DNA of 63,503 nt, the filler included, from Actinomycetota bacterium (GTDB lineage: Bacteria; Actinomycetota; Acidimicrobiia; Spongiisociales; UBA4744): NCBI GenBank assembly GCA_013152275.1. It is 5 parts of 5 records of this genome, joined end to end, with 100 filler letters (N's around TTAATTAATTAA, not from the genome) between each part and the next. Parts side by side here need not be neighbours in the genome. Positions count along the whole stretch, not along the records: positions 38,144 to 45,547 come from JAADGS010000075.1; positions 45,648 to 56,228 come from JAADGS010000083.1; 3 more parts are not named here. One strand, written 5' to 3'. Positions 40,762 through 50,187 of this stretch are shown here, one piece after another. A model generated the notes under the pieces. The model searched no databases. It was not told the DNA's origin and was given only the letters and a program-made list of their open reading frames with translations. Numbering within the stretch: position 1 is the stretch's first letter; the number at the start of each line of letters is the position of its first letter. A program made the position numbers and the translations under genes.

Positions 40762-41396
40762 CCACCGATATCTGTCATGAGTTCTCGAACGTGCGCGTTC
40801 TCGATCAGGTATCGCTCATAGTTCGCCGCGGAGAAGCCGTGGCCGTCGTCGGTCCGTCGGGGAGCGGCAAGACCACGCTGTTGAGTATCTTGGGCGGACT
40901 CCTGTCGCCAATCTCCGGCGAAGTAGCCGTAGGGTTCGATTCCGGTAGGTCGGATCACCATGTTGTCCAGCATGTCGCATGGATCCACCAGACCACGAAC
41001 GGACTGATGTCGCGCCCGGCGGTCGACAACGTGGCTCTCGGTTGTTTGGCGACTGGGGCGACGCACCGTCGAGCTCGTGAGCGTGCCCTTGAGCTTCTCG
41101 ATACTGTGGACCTCGGAGGTTTTGGAGACTTCGGGACTGCAAAGTTGTCCGGAGGGCAGTTGCAGCGCGTCGCGATTGCTCGCGCGCTGGCGCTGCAGGC
41201 GCCGTTCATACTGGCCGACGAACCAACGGGTCAGCTCGACGCAGAGACCTCCGGGTTGGTAGTGGACCTTCTTGTCGACCAAGCCGCACACACGTTCGGC
41301 CAGGCCGTTGTCGTTGCAACTCATGATGCCCTGGTAGCGACAAGGTGCGACCGGGTCATTCGCCTCGGGGGCGCTGTATCCGAGGGTGGAAACTGA
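40749..41396 (+). CDS. ABC ATP-binding protein (LolD/MacB type)
   Basis: GPSGSGKTT, LSGGQ, ADEPTGQLD, ATHD. Confidence 0.93.
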   Translation: MQLVATDICHEFSNVRVLDQVSLIVRRGEAVAVVGPSGSGKTTLLSILGGLLSPISGEVAVGFDSGRSDHHVVQHVAWIHQTTNGLMSRPAVDNVALGCLATGATHRRARERALELLDTVDLGGFGDFGTAKLSGGQLQRVAIARALALQAPFILADEPTGQLDAETSGLVVDLLVDQAAHTFGQAVVVATHDALVATRCDRVIRLGGAVSEGGN

Positions 41397-41398
41397 TC

Positions 41399-42505
41399 AT
41401 GGGTGGGAAACTGGTAAGCGGTTGGCGTGTGAGATCTCTCCTTCGAGAGGGCCTAGAGAACGCGATCTACGGCGGCTGGCGTACCGTTGCTTTCGTCGCT
41501 ATCGGGGCCCTCGTTGTCACCGGCGTATCGTTCCTCGAGGTGCGGGCGGTGAGCACTGCACAAGCCGCCGAACAAGCACTCGTCGATCGAGGCTCTGCTG
41601 CAATCGTTGTTTCTCCCAGGCCGAATAGCGATCTCAGCCTCCGCGTTGAGCAATGCGGGGTCCTCAACTCGGCGGAGGGGGTCCGTGCGGCAGGTCCGGT
41701 TTGGCAACTCGTGAGTGTGTCCTCAAGAGCCGTGCCGAACCGCGGCATACAGGCACTGATGACTGCCTTCGGCGGAGTTGAGGTTCTGTCAGGGAGCCGA
41801 TTCGACGTACCGCCACGGACGCTCGTCGCATCGGAAACGGTGGCGTCGGAACTCGGGCTCCTGCCCGGGTCACAGTTCCCGATCGTTGGAGGGCCTGCCT
41901 ATACCGCCGAGAACATCGAGGTTGCCGCGGTGGTCGACTTCGGGCAACGCCGAGCCTCCTACTCGACCGCGGTGGTCATCCAAGGATTCAGTACATCCCC
42001 ACCGCAGGAATGCTGGGTCGAATTCATGCCCTGGGTCAGCGCCGGAACCATGGTGGAGGTGGCGGCGTCGTTCTCCGGCAGTGCAAATGATCTGAGTGTG
42101 ACGTTGCTTTTCCCTCTGAACGATCTAACACAGGCCCCGATCGAAGCGTTCATGCGCAGACCCATGCAGCACGGCTGGCTTGCAGCAGGGATCGTGCTCA
42201 GCACCATGAGCTATTTCGTGAACCGGGCCCGTCGAGGAGAAGACGCCTTGTACCGAGCGTTCCGTGCAGGGCGTTTTGGCACAATCGTGATATCACTCGC
42301 AGAAACGGCGATCGTCGCCGGTGCTGTTCTTGGAATTTCAGCGACATGGCTGCTTGTGGGATATACATTCGGCGGGACGTCGCCCGCGGCGTCGGGTATG
42401 GGTCTATCCCAGGCAGTGCGCGCTGTGTTGCTCTTTCAGGTGCTGGGTTGGCTCGTGAGCTTGCTCGGCCTCCGTAAACCCCTCATCGACCTGCTCAAGG
42501 GGTAG
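41399..42505 (+). CDS. ABC permease (MacB/FtsX-like)
   Basis: N-terminal TM, extracellular loop, 3 C-terminal TMs. Confidence 0.75.
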   Translation: MGGKLVSGWRVRSLLREGLENAIYGGWRTVAFVAIGALVVTGVSFLEVRAVSTAQAAEQALVDRGSAAIVVSPRPNSDLSLRVEQCGVLNSAEGVRAAGPVWQLVSVSSRAVPNRGIQALMTAFGGVEVLSGSRFDVPPRTLVASETVASELGLLPGSQFPIVGGPAYTAENIEVAAVVDFGQRRASYSTAVVIQGFSTSPPQECWVEFMPWVSAGTMVEVAASFSGSANDLSVTLLFPLNDLTQAPIEAFMRRPMQHGWLAAGIVLSTMSYFVNRARRGEDALYRAFRAGRFGTIVISLAETAIVAGAVLGISATWLLVGYTFGGTSPAASGMGLSQAVRAVLLFQVLGWLVSLLGLRKPLIDLLKG

Positions 42506-42529
42506 CGGTCCTAGGCGCGACGTCCTGCT

Positions 42530-42581
42530 GATGGAACCCAAACGGTTCAAATGGCAATACATAGTGAGTACCGCAAACGCG
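42530..42581 (+). promoter_or_regulatory. Conserved module copy 2 (1-bp shorter spacer)
   Basis: GATGGAACCCAAACGGTTCAAATGGCAATACATAGTGAGTACCGCAAACGCG. Confidence 0.75.
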
Positions 42582-42749
42582 ATTGAGCACCTTTCGATTC
42601 GGCCCGCAGTCGTCTACACCTTGGCAATACTTGTCGTCTCATCGCCACCAGCAGTTGGAGCGGTGCGGCCAGCCAGACACCGTTGAAACACCGGGCTTAG
42701 TACCATGGGGGTCCTGCTGGTGGCAAGAATGTGAAGAGGAGTTGTTGAA

Positions 42750-42992
42750 TTGAGACGTCTTCTATCCAATCTACGGGAATTGCTGTTCCAGAGGAAGTGG
42801 TCGCGCGAAGTCAGGATTGTCGTTGTCGGGATCGTGTTAACGGTTGTCGCTGCGGTCGATCTGGCGTGGTCGAGCTTCGGTGGACAGAGTGATCGCGTCG
42901 CACTCGCAGCAGGATCTCTCACCGGCGCACTTCTCGTCGTAGCGGGTGGCGCGATAGTCGGTTGGCGAAAAGCTGAGTCGCGACACAACTAA
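42750..42992 (+). CDS. Small 2-TM membrane protein
   Basis: GAGGAG RBS, two hydrophobic helices. Confidence 0.6.
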   Translation: MRRLLSNLRELLFQRKWSREVRIVVVGIVLTVVAAVDLAWSSFGGQSDRVALAAGSLTGALLVVAGGAIVGWRKAESRHN

Positions 42993-43202
42993 GGAATCAG
43001 GTGGAGTCGCTTCGCGACGCTGTGGTGCCCGTGGGCTTGGTGCGCGGGTTTTCCGCGGTTGCTGAGGGATGGTTATCCCACACGAACTAGTTGGGAAATG
43101 GGACTATCGTATTGGGTACATCGTCTCCGTCAATCGAACTGTCACAGTGGATGCGCAGCACTACGCCAGAGGTGTAGGCAGCCGAACATGGAGGGCAACA
43201 CA

Positions 43203-43445
43203 ATGACCACCAAGGCGAGCCGTACTTCGACACCGGTTCCACCGTGGGCGTGGCACGTTATCCGATTCGCAGTGTTCGGCGCCGCCGCTGTGATACCTCC
43301 ACCGCTGATCGTTGTCGCGCTCGCGGCCGGTTGGATCGTGATTCTCGCCGTCGAGGGTCGCAAGGGTGTTCCCATCGCTGTTCTCTGGACCCTTGCTGCC
43401 GTCGCAATCAACGTCGTGATGTTCGCATCGCTTCCCGGCGGGTAG
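43203..43445 (+). CDS. Small membrane protein
   Basis: GGAGG RBS, hydrophobic ORF. Confidence 0.55.
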   Translation: MTTKASRTSTPVPPWAWHVIRFAVFGAAAVIPPPLIVVALAAGWIVILAVEGRKGVPIAVLWTLAAVAINVVMFASLPGG

Positions 43446-43454
43446 ATCGGCTAG

Positions 43455-43736
43455 ATGTCGCTCCGGAGTACCCGCAGGCAAGGTCGTCGCTGGATCGCAG
43501 CTGTGGTGGGCGGAATCGTTGCGCTCGGCGTTGTTGCTGCTTTGTATTACAACATTGGGTCAAGTGCCGCGCTGAGTGATCAATGCTCGGCTACACCACC
43601 GGATGCGTCGGTCGCGAGACTTGAAGCGTCCTCCATCTCGGCTGGGTCGTCGATCTGGCCCGTTGGTTTCGAATGCATCTTCACCGACGCCAACGGGCAG
43701 GTACTGGCAAGGGAGTATGTCGGGTTCTGGCCATGA
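43455..43736 (+). CDS. Small membrane-anchored protein with two Cys
   Basis: N-terminal TM, WPVGFEC motif. Confidence 0.55.
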   Translation: MSLRSTRRQGRRWIAAVVGGIVALGVVAALYYNIGSSAALSDQCSATPPDASVARLEASSISAGSSIWPVGFECIFTDANGQVLAREYVGFWP

Positions 43737-43889
43737 ATCAACGGCACTTGCGAATTGTGGGGACCGCAGCGGCGGATAGTCGATGGTGCTCACCGCTCCA
43801 GTCGACTGCATGTTGCTTCGGCGTTGATGCCATGAGGGGAGAGGTTGGCGACTTCGGCAGACCCGCATCTGAGGATATGGCAGACCCCC

Positions 43890-43942
43890 GATGGAACCCA
43901 AAACGGTCTAAATGGCAATACATAGTGAGTACCGCAAAAGCG
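43890..43942 (+). promoter_or_regulatory. Conserved module copy 3
   Basis: GATGGAACCCAAAACGGTCTAAATGGCAATACATAGTGAGTACCGCAAAAGCG. Confidence 0.75.
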
Positions 43943-43969
43943 ATACCAAACACAGAAGGGGAAAAGACG

Positions 43970-44389
43970 ATGAAGACCACCATTCGCCGGTCTCGACTGG
44001 CAAGCCTTGGCCTGGTCCTGGCGCTGGCAGGTGTACTCTCGGTTCTGCCCGCCGTGACGCCCGAAGTGCAGGCTGCCTGTGACTACCCTGAGGCCGCGTT
44101 TACCATAGATTCGGGTTGGGGCAAGGAGTGGACACCGAACGTAAGCACCTGTGACTCGGACCAATACTATCGTGGCAAAGTGTATGACACCCGTACGGAT
44201 GGCTCTTGTGTCTGGGTCCAGTTCCGCGAGGGCTCGACGGTGTACACCCAGGCGGTGTCGTGTAATTCGTACGGCATTAACTACTCGTTCTGGGACCAGA
44301 ACGGGAACGGCTGGAGCACGATCAGAATCTGCCGAAATACCGGTTGTTATCCTACTGCCGCGTGGGGCTACTACACGGACTTTTACTAA
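43970..44389 (+). CDS. Small secreted Cys/aromatic-rich protein (139 aa)
   Basis: RBS GAAGGGG, signal peptide ending VQA, 6 Cys. Confidence 0.8.
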   Translation: MKTTIRRSRLASLGLVLALAGVLSVLPAVTPEVQAACDYPEAAFTIDSGWGKEWTPNVSTCDSDQYYRGKVYDTRTDGSCVWVQFREGSTVYTQAVSCNSYGINYSFWDQNGNGWSTIRICRNTGCYPTAAWGYYTDFY

Positions 44390-44393
44390 GGCG

Positions 44394-45473
44394 ATGCGGA
44401 CGTCCACTATTGCTCGACGACTCGCCTTGATCGCGGCTTTGTTGCTCATAGTTGGTGCGTGCTCTGTCGCTGAGGACACGGCGGTGGCTGTGCGGACTTC
44501 GGAACCGGTCTCCGAACGGATCACGGTTCCTGTGAGTACGACCAGTACTGAACCAACCGACGTGGTAGCAACCGACCCTGAGCCTCCGTCGGACAGCACC
44601 GCCTCTGAGGATCAGAGTGGCATCCCGATATCTCCTGTCGAAACTGCCTTGCCCTATTTGCGGCTGACCCGAAAGCAGTATCAGGACCTCGCTATTGCGG
44701 GGCAGAGGAGGTACGAGGAGGAGCTTGCGACGTGTATGCGCAGCGAAGGTTTCGACTATGTGCCCATTGACGTGACCCAGCCGGCGTTGTTGAGTACACC
44801 CGTTGGGCCGATGTTGCTCACCGAGGACGAGTTCCGTGACCAGTACGGCTACGGTGCTGCGTTCAATGCGCGCCTGGCGTTCGAGCCGATGACGGCGACG
44901 TTCATTAATCCGAACGTGGACATTGTTGAGGCTCTCGGTGAATCCGAGCGCGAGGCATACAACGCGCAGATGCGTGTGTGTCGTCGCCTACTTCAGGAGA
45001 CCCTGCCGAATCCGTTTGATCCGCCGCTGCAACGAGAAGGGGACGAGCCCAGTCTTCAATTATGGCTCATGGAACAGTTGGCGCTCATAGACGAAGCTGT
45101 CGGCAAAGACCCCCGGGTGTTGGCCGCTGAGGATTCCTGGTCACGTTGTATGGCTTCCGAAGGATACGATCTAGCGTCGCCAGCGGATGCATACGAATTC
45201 ATTGCCGAACAAGCTGCACCGATTGTTGCCCGCGTGAGCGAGGGCCTCACCGACGAGATTGAGGAGGCACTGCAGGATCTTCAGGTCTACGAGCTCCAGG
45301 TTTCGGATGCGGACTGGAAGTGCGCCGAAGAACTCGAGCTTGACGAGACGATGAGGACGGTGCGCTTCGAGTTGGAGACGAAGTTCCTCGAAGAGAACGG
45401 CGATCGCGTTGCGCTTCTTGCCGCCGAAAAGGAAGCGGCCCTCGAAGCGTATCGCGACTTCCTCGACAACTAG
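44394..45473 (+). CDS. Lipoprotein with repeated CMxxEG motif
   Basis: Lipobox VGAC; CMRSEGFDY and CMASEGYD. Confidence 0.82.
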   Translation: MRTSTIARRLALIAALLLIVGACSVAEDTAVAVRTSEPVSERITVPVSTTSTEPTDVVATDPEPPSDSTASEDQSGIPISPVETALPYLRLTRKQYQDLAIAGQRRYEEELATCMRSEGFDYVPIDVTQPALLSTPVGPMLLTEDEFRDQYGYGAAFNARLAFEPMTATFINPNVDIVEALGESEREAYNAQMRVCRRLLQETLPNPFDPPLQREGDEPSLQLWLMEQLALIDEAVGKDPRVLAAEDSWSRCMASEGYDLASPADAYEFIAEQAAPIVARVSEGLTDEIEEALQDLQVYELQVSDADWKCAEELELDETMRTVRFELETKFLEENGDRVALLAAEKEAALEAYRDFLDN

Positions 45474-45547
45474 ACACGCTTCGACACCCGGACTTGCCGA
45501 CCTCTCTCCCTGTTCTGGCGTCCGATTGCGCCCCATGGTGCGCAATC

Positions 45548-45647
45548 NNNNNNNNNNNNNNNNNNNNNNNNNNNNNNNNNNNNNNNNNNNNTTAATTAAT
45601 TAANNNNNNNNNNNNNNNNNNNNNNNNNNNNNNNNNNNNNNNNNNNN
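45548..45647. other. Artificial contig linker
   Basis: N-run with TTAATTAATTAA. Confidence 0.98.
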
Positions 45648-46464
45648 TGGCGGCCGAACGTTGCGCCATCAGCCGCTCGTTCCTGGCGACGAGGTTGGCG
45701 ACCAGCACGTCGATCACGGCCACGGCGCCCGAATAGGAGTCGACCAGGCCGAAACCCTCGATCGGGACGACGAATGTCAGTGAGGCGTGCTGGGCGGCAC
45801 GGGAGAGGTACGGGTCGGTCACGACGATGCTGCGCCCTCGTGAGCCGGCGAAATGGGCGGCGATGAACTCGGCGGTCGGGTCGTAACGGCGGAAGTCGAA
45901 GATGATCGCCAGTTCGTCACGTCCGGCGTGGGCGATCTGGTCGGCGACCGGCGCAGGCCACGGTGCGAGCAGCCGCACCCCCGGCCGGAGCAGGTTGAGG
46001 TGCGCAAAGAGGGTGTGGGCGACTCCGTGCGAGAAGCGTCCACCCGCAACCCAGACCCGCTTCGCCCCCAGGATCAGTGTCGTGGCCTCGTCGACCTGTT
46101 CCGGCTTGAGCCGTTGCAGGGCGTCGGTGATGAGCGACAGCACCGACTTTGCCGCAGCGACGGACGCGGAGACTCCCTCCGCCGGCGCCTGGTAGAGGGC
46201 AAAGGGAGACTGGGTGGAGCCTTCGAGCTCGTCGCGCACCGCGGCACGGAAGTCGGGTAGACCGTCGAAACCGATCTTCGTTGCGAAGCGCACGACCGTC
46301 GCCGGACTGGTCTCGGACTCGGCGGCCATCACCGCCGCCGATCGGAGGGCGAGCATCGGGTAGCTGCCGAGGACGGTGTGGGCCACTCTGCGCTCGGCCG
46401 GCGTCAGTTCTTCGAGGTGCCCGTAGATCCGATCGCGGACGGGAATTCGGTCACGAGAAGTCAT
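45648..46464 (-). CDS. MurR/RpiR family regulator (3' partial)
   Basis: LTPAERRVA, SPATVVRFATKIGFDG HTH plus SIS domain. Confidence 0.9.
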
Positions 46465-46545
46465 GATGAAACATATGTTTCTCTGTTGACGGATATTGTC
46501 GTTTCAGATTAGTCTATATCAGGCAAGCGAGGGAGGCTTTTCGAC

Positions 46546-47865
46546 GTGACCGAGGAATGCGAGACCCCTTGTCCATCCGTCGCCCTGATCACCGTCGTCG
46601 ATAATTCGGGCGTGACCCGGGTCAAGACCGTTCCGGTGCACCGTCTTCCCAGAGTTGCGGAGGTGGGGGTCGGCCTCTCGGACGTGTCTGCCGTCATGGC
46701 CGTGGACGACGGCATCACCGCCAGCCCGGGATATGACACGCCGTCGGGGGACATGCGTCTCATCCCCGACCTCGACGCCGCCGTGGATCTGCACCGGTCG
46801 CGCCTCAGATGGGTTCCGGCGACGATGGTCGACCAGGAGTTGGTCCCCAAGCCCAACTGTGGGCGCAGCATCCTCCAGCGGGCCGTCGAGGCCGCCGCGA
46901 AGGCGGGGATAACCGCCGAGTTCGCCTTCGAGAGCGAATTCACCGTCAGTGATCTCGAAACCGGAGAGCCCATTCACCGCGGACCCGGATACAGCCCCAT
47001 CGCCCTGTTCGCCGCCGAGGAGTTCTCGATCGACCTCGTCGAGGCGTTCGAAGCCCAGGGAATGAACGTCGAACAGTTCCATCCCGAATACGCCGACGGC
47101 CAGTTCGAGGTGTCGATACGCCATAGCGACCCGGTCGCCGCCGCGGACGCCGTCGTGCTGCTGCGCCTGACCGTGCATCGGATGGCCCGCCGCCACGGCC
47201 TGCGAGTGTCGTTCAGTCCCCGCCCGCACCGCGAGATCGTCGTGGGAAACGGGTGTCATCTCCACTGCAGCCTGTGGCAGGACGGCACGAACCTGTTCGG
47301 GAGCGAGACCGACGGTCTGGGGGCGGCCGGAGGCGCAGCCGTCGCCGGCATCCTCGACCACCTGCTCGGCATCCAGGCGGTCCTCACCCCGTCCGTCCCC
47401 TCGTTCGAACGCATCACCCCTCAGCACTGGGCGGGCGCCTACACGTGCTGGGGGATCGAGAATCGCGAGGCGGCCGTGCGGGTCATCCGCGGGACCGTGA
47501 GCGGACGCCCGGGCGCCGCCAACATCGAGATCAAGACGATCGACGCGTCCGCCAACCCGTATCTGACCGTGGCCGTGATCCTGCACGCCGCCCTGGACGG
47601 CATCGGCCGGGGTCTCACACCTCCCGAGCCGATCTCGGTGGACCCCCACTCGCTCGACGAGGACGCTCGCACGGCACGGGGCATCGTGCGGCTCCCCGCC
47701 GACCTCGACGAGGCGATCGAGGCCATGGACGCCGACGGACTGGTCCGCACCGTGTTCGGCGACCAGCAGTACGGGGCGTTTCGGGCGGTCCGACGCTACG
47801 AACTGGAGACCTTCGGTTCACTACCCCGAGAAGACCAGATCGAGGCCCACAGGTGGAGGTACTGA
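46546..47865 (+). CDS. Glutamine synthetase-like gamma-glutamyl ligase
   Basis: ESEF, HPEYADGQFE, GNGCHLHCSL, NREAAVR, NPYL. Confidence 0.9.
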   Translation: MTEECETPCPSVALITVVDNSGVTRVKTVPVHRLPRVAEVGVGLSDVSAVMAVDDGITASPGYDTPSGDMRLIPDLDAAVDLHRSRLRWVPATMVDQELVPKPNCGRSILQRAVEAAAKAGITAEFAFESEFTVSDLETGEPIHRGPGYSPIALFAAEEFSIDLVEAFEAQGMNVEQFHPEYADGQFEVSIRHSDPVAAADAVVLLRLTVHRMARRHGLRVSFSPRPHREIVVGNGCHLHCSLWQDGTNLFGSETDGLGAAGGAAVAGILDHLLGIQAVLTPSVPSFERITPQHWAGAYTCWGIENREAAVRVIRGTVSGRPGAANIEIKTIDASANPYLTVAVILHAALDGIGRGLTPPEPISVDPHSLDEDARTARGIVRLPADLDEAIEAMDADGLVRTVFGDQQYGAFRAVRRYELETFGSLPREDQIEAHRWRY

Positions 47866-47866
47866 C

Positions 47867-49039
47867 GTGTCGATCGACCTGACCGGAATGTCCGTCGTCG
47901 ATGCCCACTGCCACGGCGTGCGACTCGCCGACCTCCTCGAGCAGCCGCCGACGGGATGGGCCGACAGGATCACGCTGATCGGGATGTGCATGGCCTCGTC
48001 GGCAACGGCCGCCGCCGAGTTGAAGCAGCAGGTCTCGGCACTCACCGAGTGGACGATGTTCGCCTCCACCGGGCGGCGATGGCTGGCCCACTGGCTCGGA
48101 GTCGACGAGTCCGACGTGGACGAGGCGAGGATGGCCAGGCTCCGCGACGACGCCGGCGCCTACCTCGGAGCCCTCATGGCCGACCAGAGAATCACGGACC
48201 TCTTCGTCGACGACGGCTACCCGCAACCGCCGGTCGACGCGGCGCAGTTCGGTGCCCTCGTCGGCGCCACCGCCCACCGTGTGGCCAGGATCGAACCGAT
48301 CATCGACCGGGTCTGCGCGCAGGCCGACACGCTCGACGACGCCGTGGCGGCGTTCGAGGCGGAACTCGACGCCTGCGGGCAAGACCCGTCCTGCATCGCG
48401 TACAAGTCGATCATCGCCTACCGGAGCGGCCTCGACGTCGGAGATCCGTGTGACGACGAGGTGGCCGCCTCGTTCTCGGCGTGGAAGGCGAACGGTCTCG
48501 TCGGTGGTCGCCGCGAGACCAAGGCGCTGCGAGACCGGTTCCTGCACATCACCTGCCGCAAGGCGGCCACCCATGACAAGGCCGTCCACATTCACTCGGG
48601 GGCCGGCGACCCCGACGTGCTGCTGGCCCACGCCCATGCAGCCGGCCTGGCGCCGCTCATCGCCGCCCATCCCGCCACCGCCATCGTGCTCATCCACGCC
48701 GGGTTCCCCTGGATCGAGGAGGCCGCCTACCTCGCCGGCATGTACCCGAACGCGCACATCGAGCTGTCCCTCTTCAATCCCTGGGCGACACTCGACCTCG
48801 ATCGGGGACTGCGGACCATCCTCGGGCTCGTGCCCACCTCCAAGGTGATGTACGGGTCGGACGAGGCGTCCGAGCCCGAGGTCCTGTGGATCTCGGCACG
48901 CCTCTTCCGTCGCGTTCTGGCCCGGGTCCTGGACGGCGCCGTCGACGACGACCTGCTCACACCGGCCGAGGGTGTGCGCACCGGCGAAGGCATTCTCGGC
49001 GCGAACGCCCTGCGGCTGCACGGGTTGGCGGCGACGTGA
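47867..49039 (+). CDS. Amidohydrolase family protein (FluG N-terminal-like)
   Basis: DAHCH, KSIIAYRSGL, HSGAGD, YGSD. Confidence 0.88.
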   Translation: MSIDLTGMSVVDAHCHGVRLADLLEQPPTGWADRITLIGMCMASSATAAAELKQQVSALTEWTMFASTGRRWLAHWLGVDESDVDEARMARLRDDAGAYLGALMADQRITDLFVDDGYPQPPVDAAQFGALVGATAHRVARIEPIIDRVCAQADTLDDAVAAFEAELDACGQDPSCIAYKSIIAYRSGLDVGDPCDDEVAASFSAWKANGLVGGRRETKALRDRFLHITCRKAATHDKAVHIHSGAGDPDVLLAHAHAAGLAPLIAAHPATAIVLIHAGFPWIEEAAYLAGMYPNAHIELSLFNPWATLDLDRGLRTILGLVPTSKVMYGSDEASEPEVLWISARLFRRVLARVLDGAVDDDLLTPAEGVRTGEGILGANALRLHGLAAT

Positions 49040-50184
49040 GAGAATCCGGACACGGCGCGGCAGACGTGGCCGCCGCCGTCAGCGCCCACATCAAACGCCG
49101 CTCCGGCGAGTTTCTGTCACTCCTCGACGAACTGGTCTCCATCGACTCGGGTCGTGACGCACCCGAGGGCATCGCGAAAGTCCAGGACCTGATCGCGGAT
49201 CGGCTGGCACGACTCGATGGCGTCACCATCGAGCGTGGCCATGAGGGCGGAGTCGACCATCTGGCCGTCACCATTCCCGGTGGCGATGCCAGGGTGGTCC
49301 TGCTCGGTCACGCCGACACCGTGTTGCCGCGGGGAACGGCGGCGGAACGACCGTTGCGCGTGGAGGGACACATCGGATTCGGCCCGGGAGTGGCCGATAT
49401 GAAGGGGGGACTGGCGATGGCGGTCCTGGTCTGCGAAGCCCTCGTCGACCTTGGCGACCATCCCACGATCGAACTGGTCGTCGTCGGAGACGAAGAGACC
49501 CGGCTGGTGGCGCCCCCGTTCATGGACCGGCTCGAGAACGCCGACGCGTGTTTCGTCCTCGAGTGTGGGCGCCCCGGTGGCGGCTACATCGTGCGGCGCA
49601 AGGGGGGACTCTGGGTGCGGTTGGAAGCCAAGGGCCGATCGGCCCATGCCGGCGTTCAGCCGGACTGGGGAACGTCGGCGATCGTGCAACTCTGTCAGAC
49701 GGTGGTTGCCGTCGCGGAGCTTCACCGGACACGGGACGACCTGACGGTGTCCGTCGGCACGATCGCGGGGGGCTCGGCCCCCAACGTCGTCGCGGCGGAG
49801 GCCTGGGCCGACGTCGACATCCGGGCTTTCGGTGACGACGATCTCGACTGGGCTCGTCGGCGCGTCCTCGACATATGCGAGCACTCGTCGCTGTCGGTGT
49901 ATGAGACGGGGCGCTGGCCCCCGATGGGACTGGTGGACGAGAGTCTGTCCAGGCTGTACCAGGACGCCAGCCGAAGCCTCCTGGTGCCGCTCCATCCGGA
50001 GTCCACCGGAGGCATGTCCGACGGCTGCTGGACGTCGACGGCAGGGATTCCCACCATCGACGGGGTCGGCCCGGAGGGCAGCAACGACCATTCACCCGAG
50101 GAACATATCGACCTGGCGAGCGTGCCTGCCCGAGCAGGGGCGTTGGCCGGTGCCATCGCCGCAACGATACGGAATAGGAGATAG
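49036..50184 (+). CDS. M20 metallopeptidase (glutamate carboxypeptidase-like)
   Basis: GHADTV, DMKGG, DEE, HAG, HSPEE. Confidence 0.9.
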   Translation: MRESGHGAADVAAAVSAHIKRRSGEFLSLLDELVSIDSGRDAPEGIAKVQDLIADRLARLDGVTIERGHEGGVDHLAVTIPGGDARVVLLGHADTVLPRGTAAERPLRVEGHIGFGPGVADMKGGLAMAVLVCEALVDLGDHPTIELVVVGDEETRLVAPPFMDRLENADACFVLECGRPGGGYIVRRKGGLWVRLEAKGRSAHAGVQPDWGTSAIVQLCQTVVAVAELHRTRDDLTVSVGTIAGGSAPNVVAAEAWADVDIRAFGDDDLDWARRRVLDICEHSSLSVYETGRWPPMGLVDESLSRLYQDASRSLLVPLHPESTGGMSDGCWTSTAGIPTIDGVGPEGSNDHSPEEHIDLASVPARAGALAGAIAATIRNRR

Positions 50185-50187
50185 AGA

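Noticed and set aside
38624..43942. 53-bp repeats as CRISPR repeats or integron attC sites
   Set aside because: Kilobases apart, not palindromic, no attC-type ends or integrase; promoter-like instead
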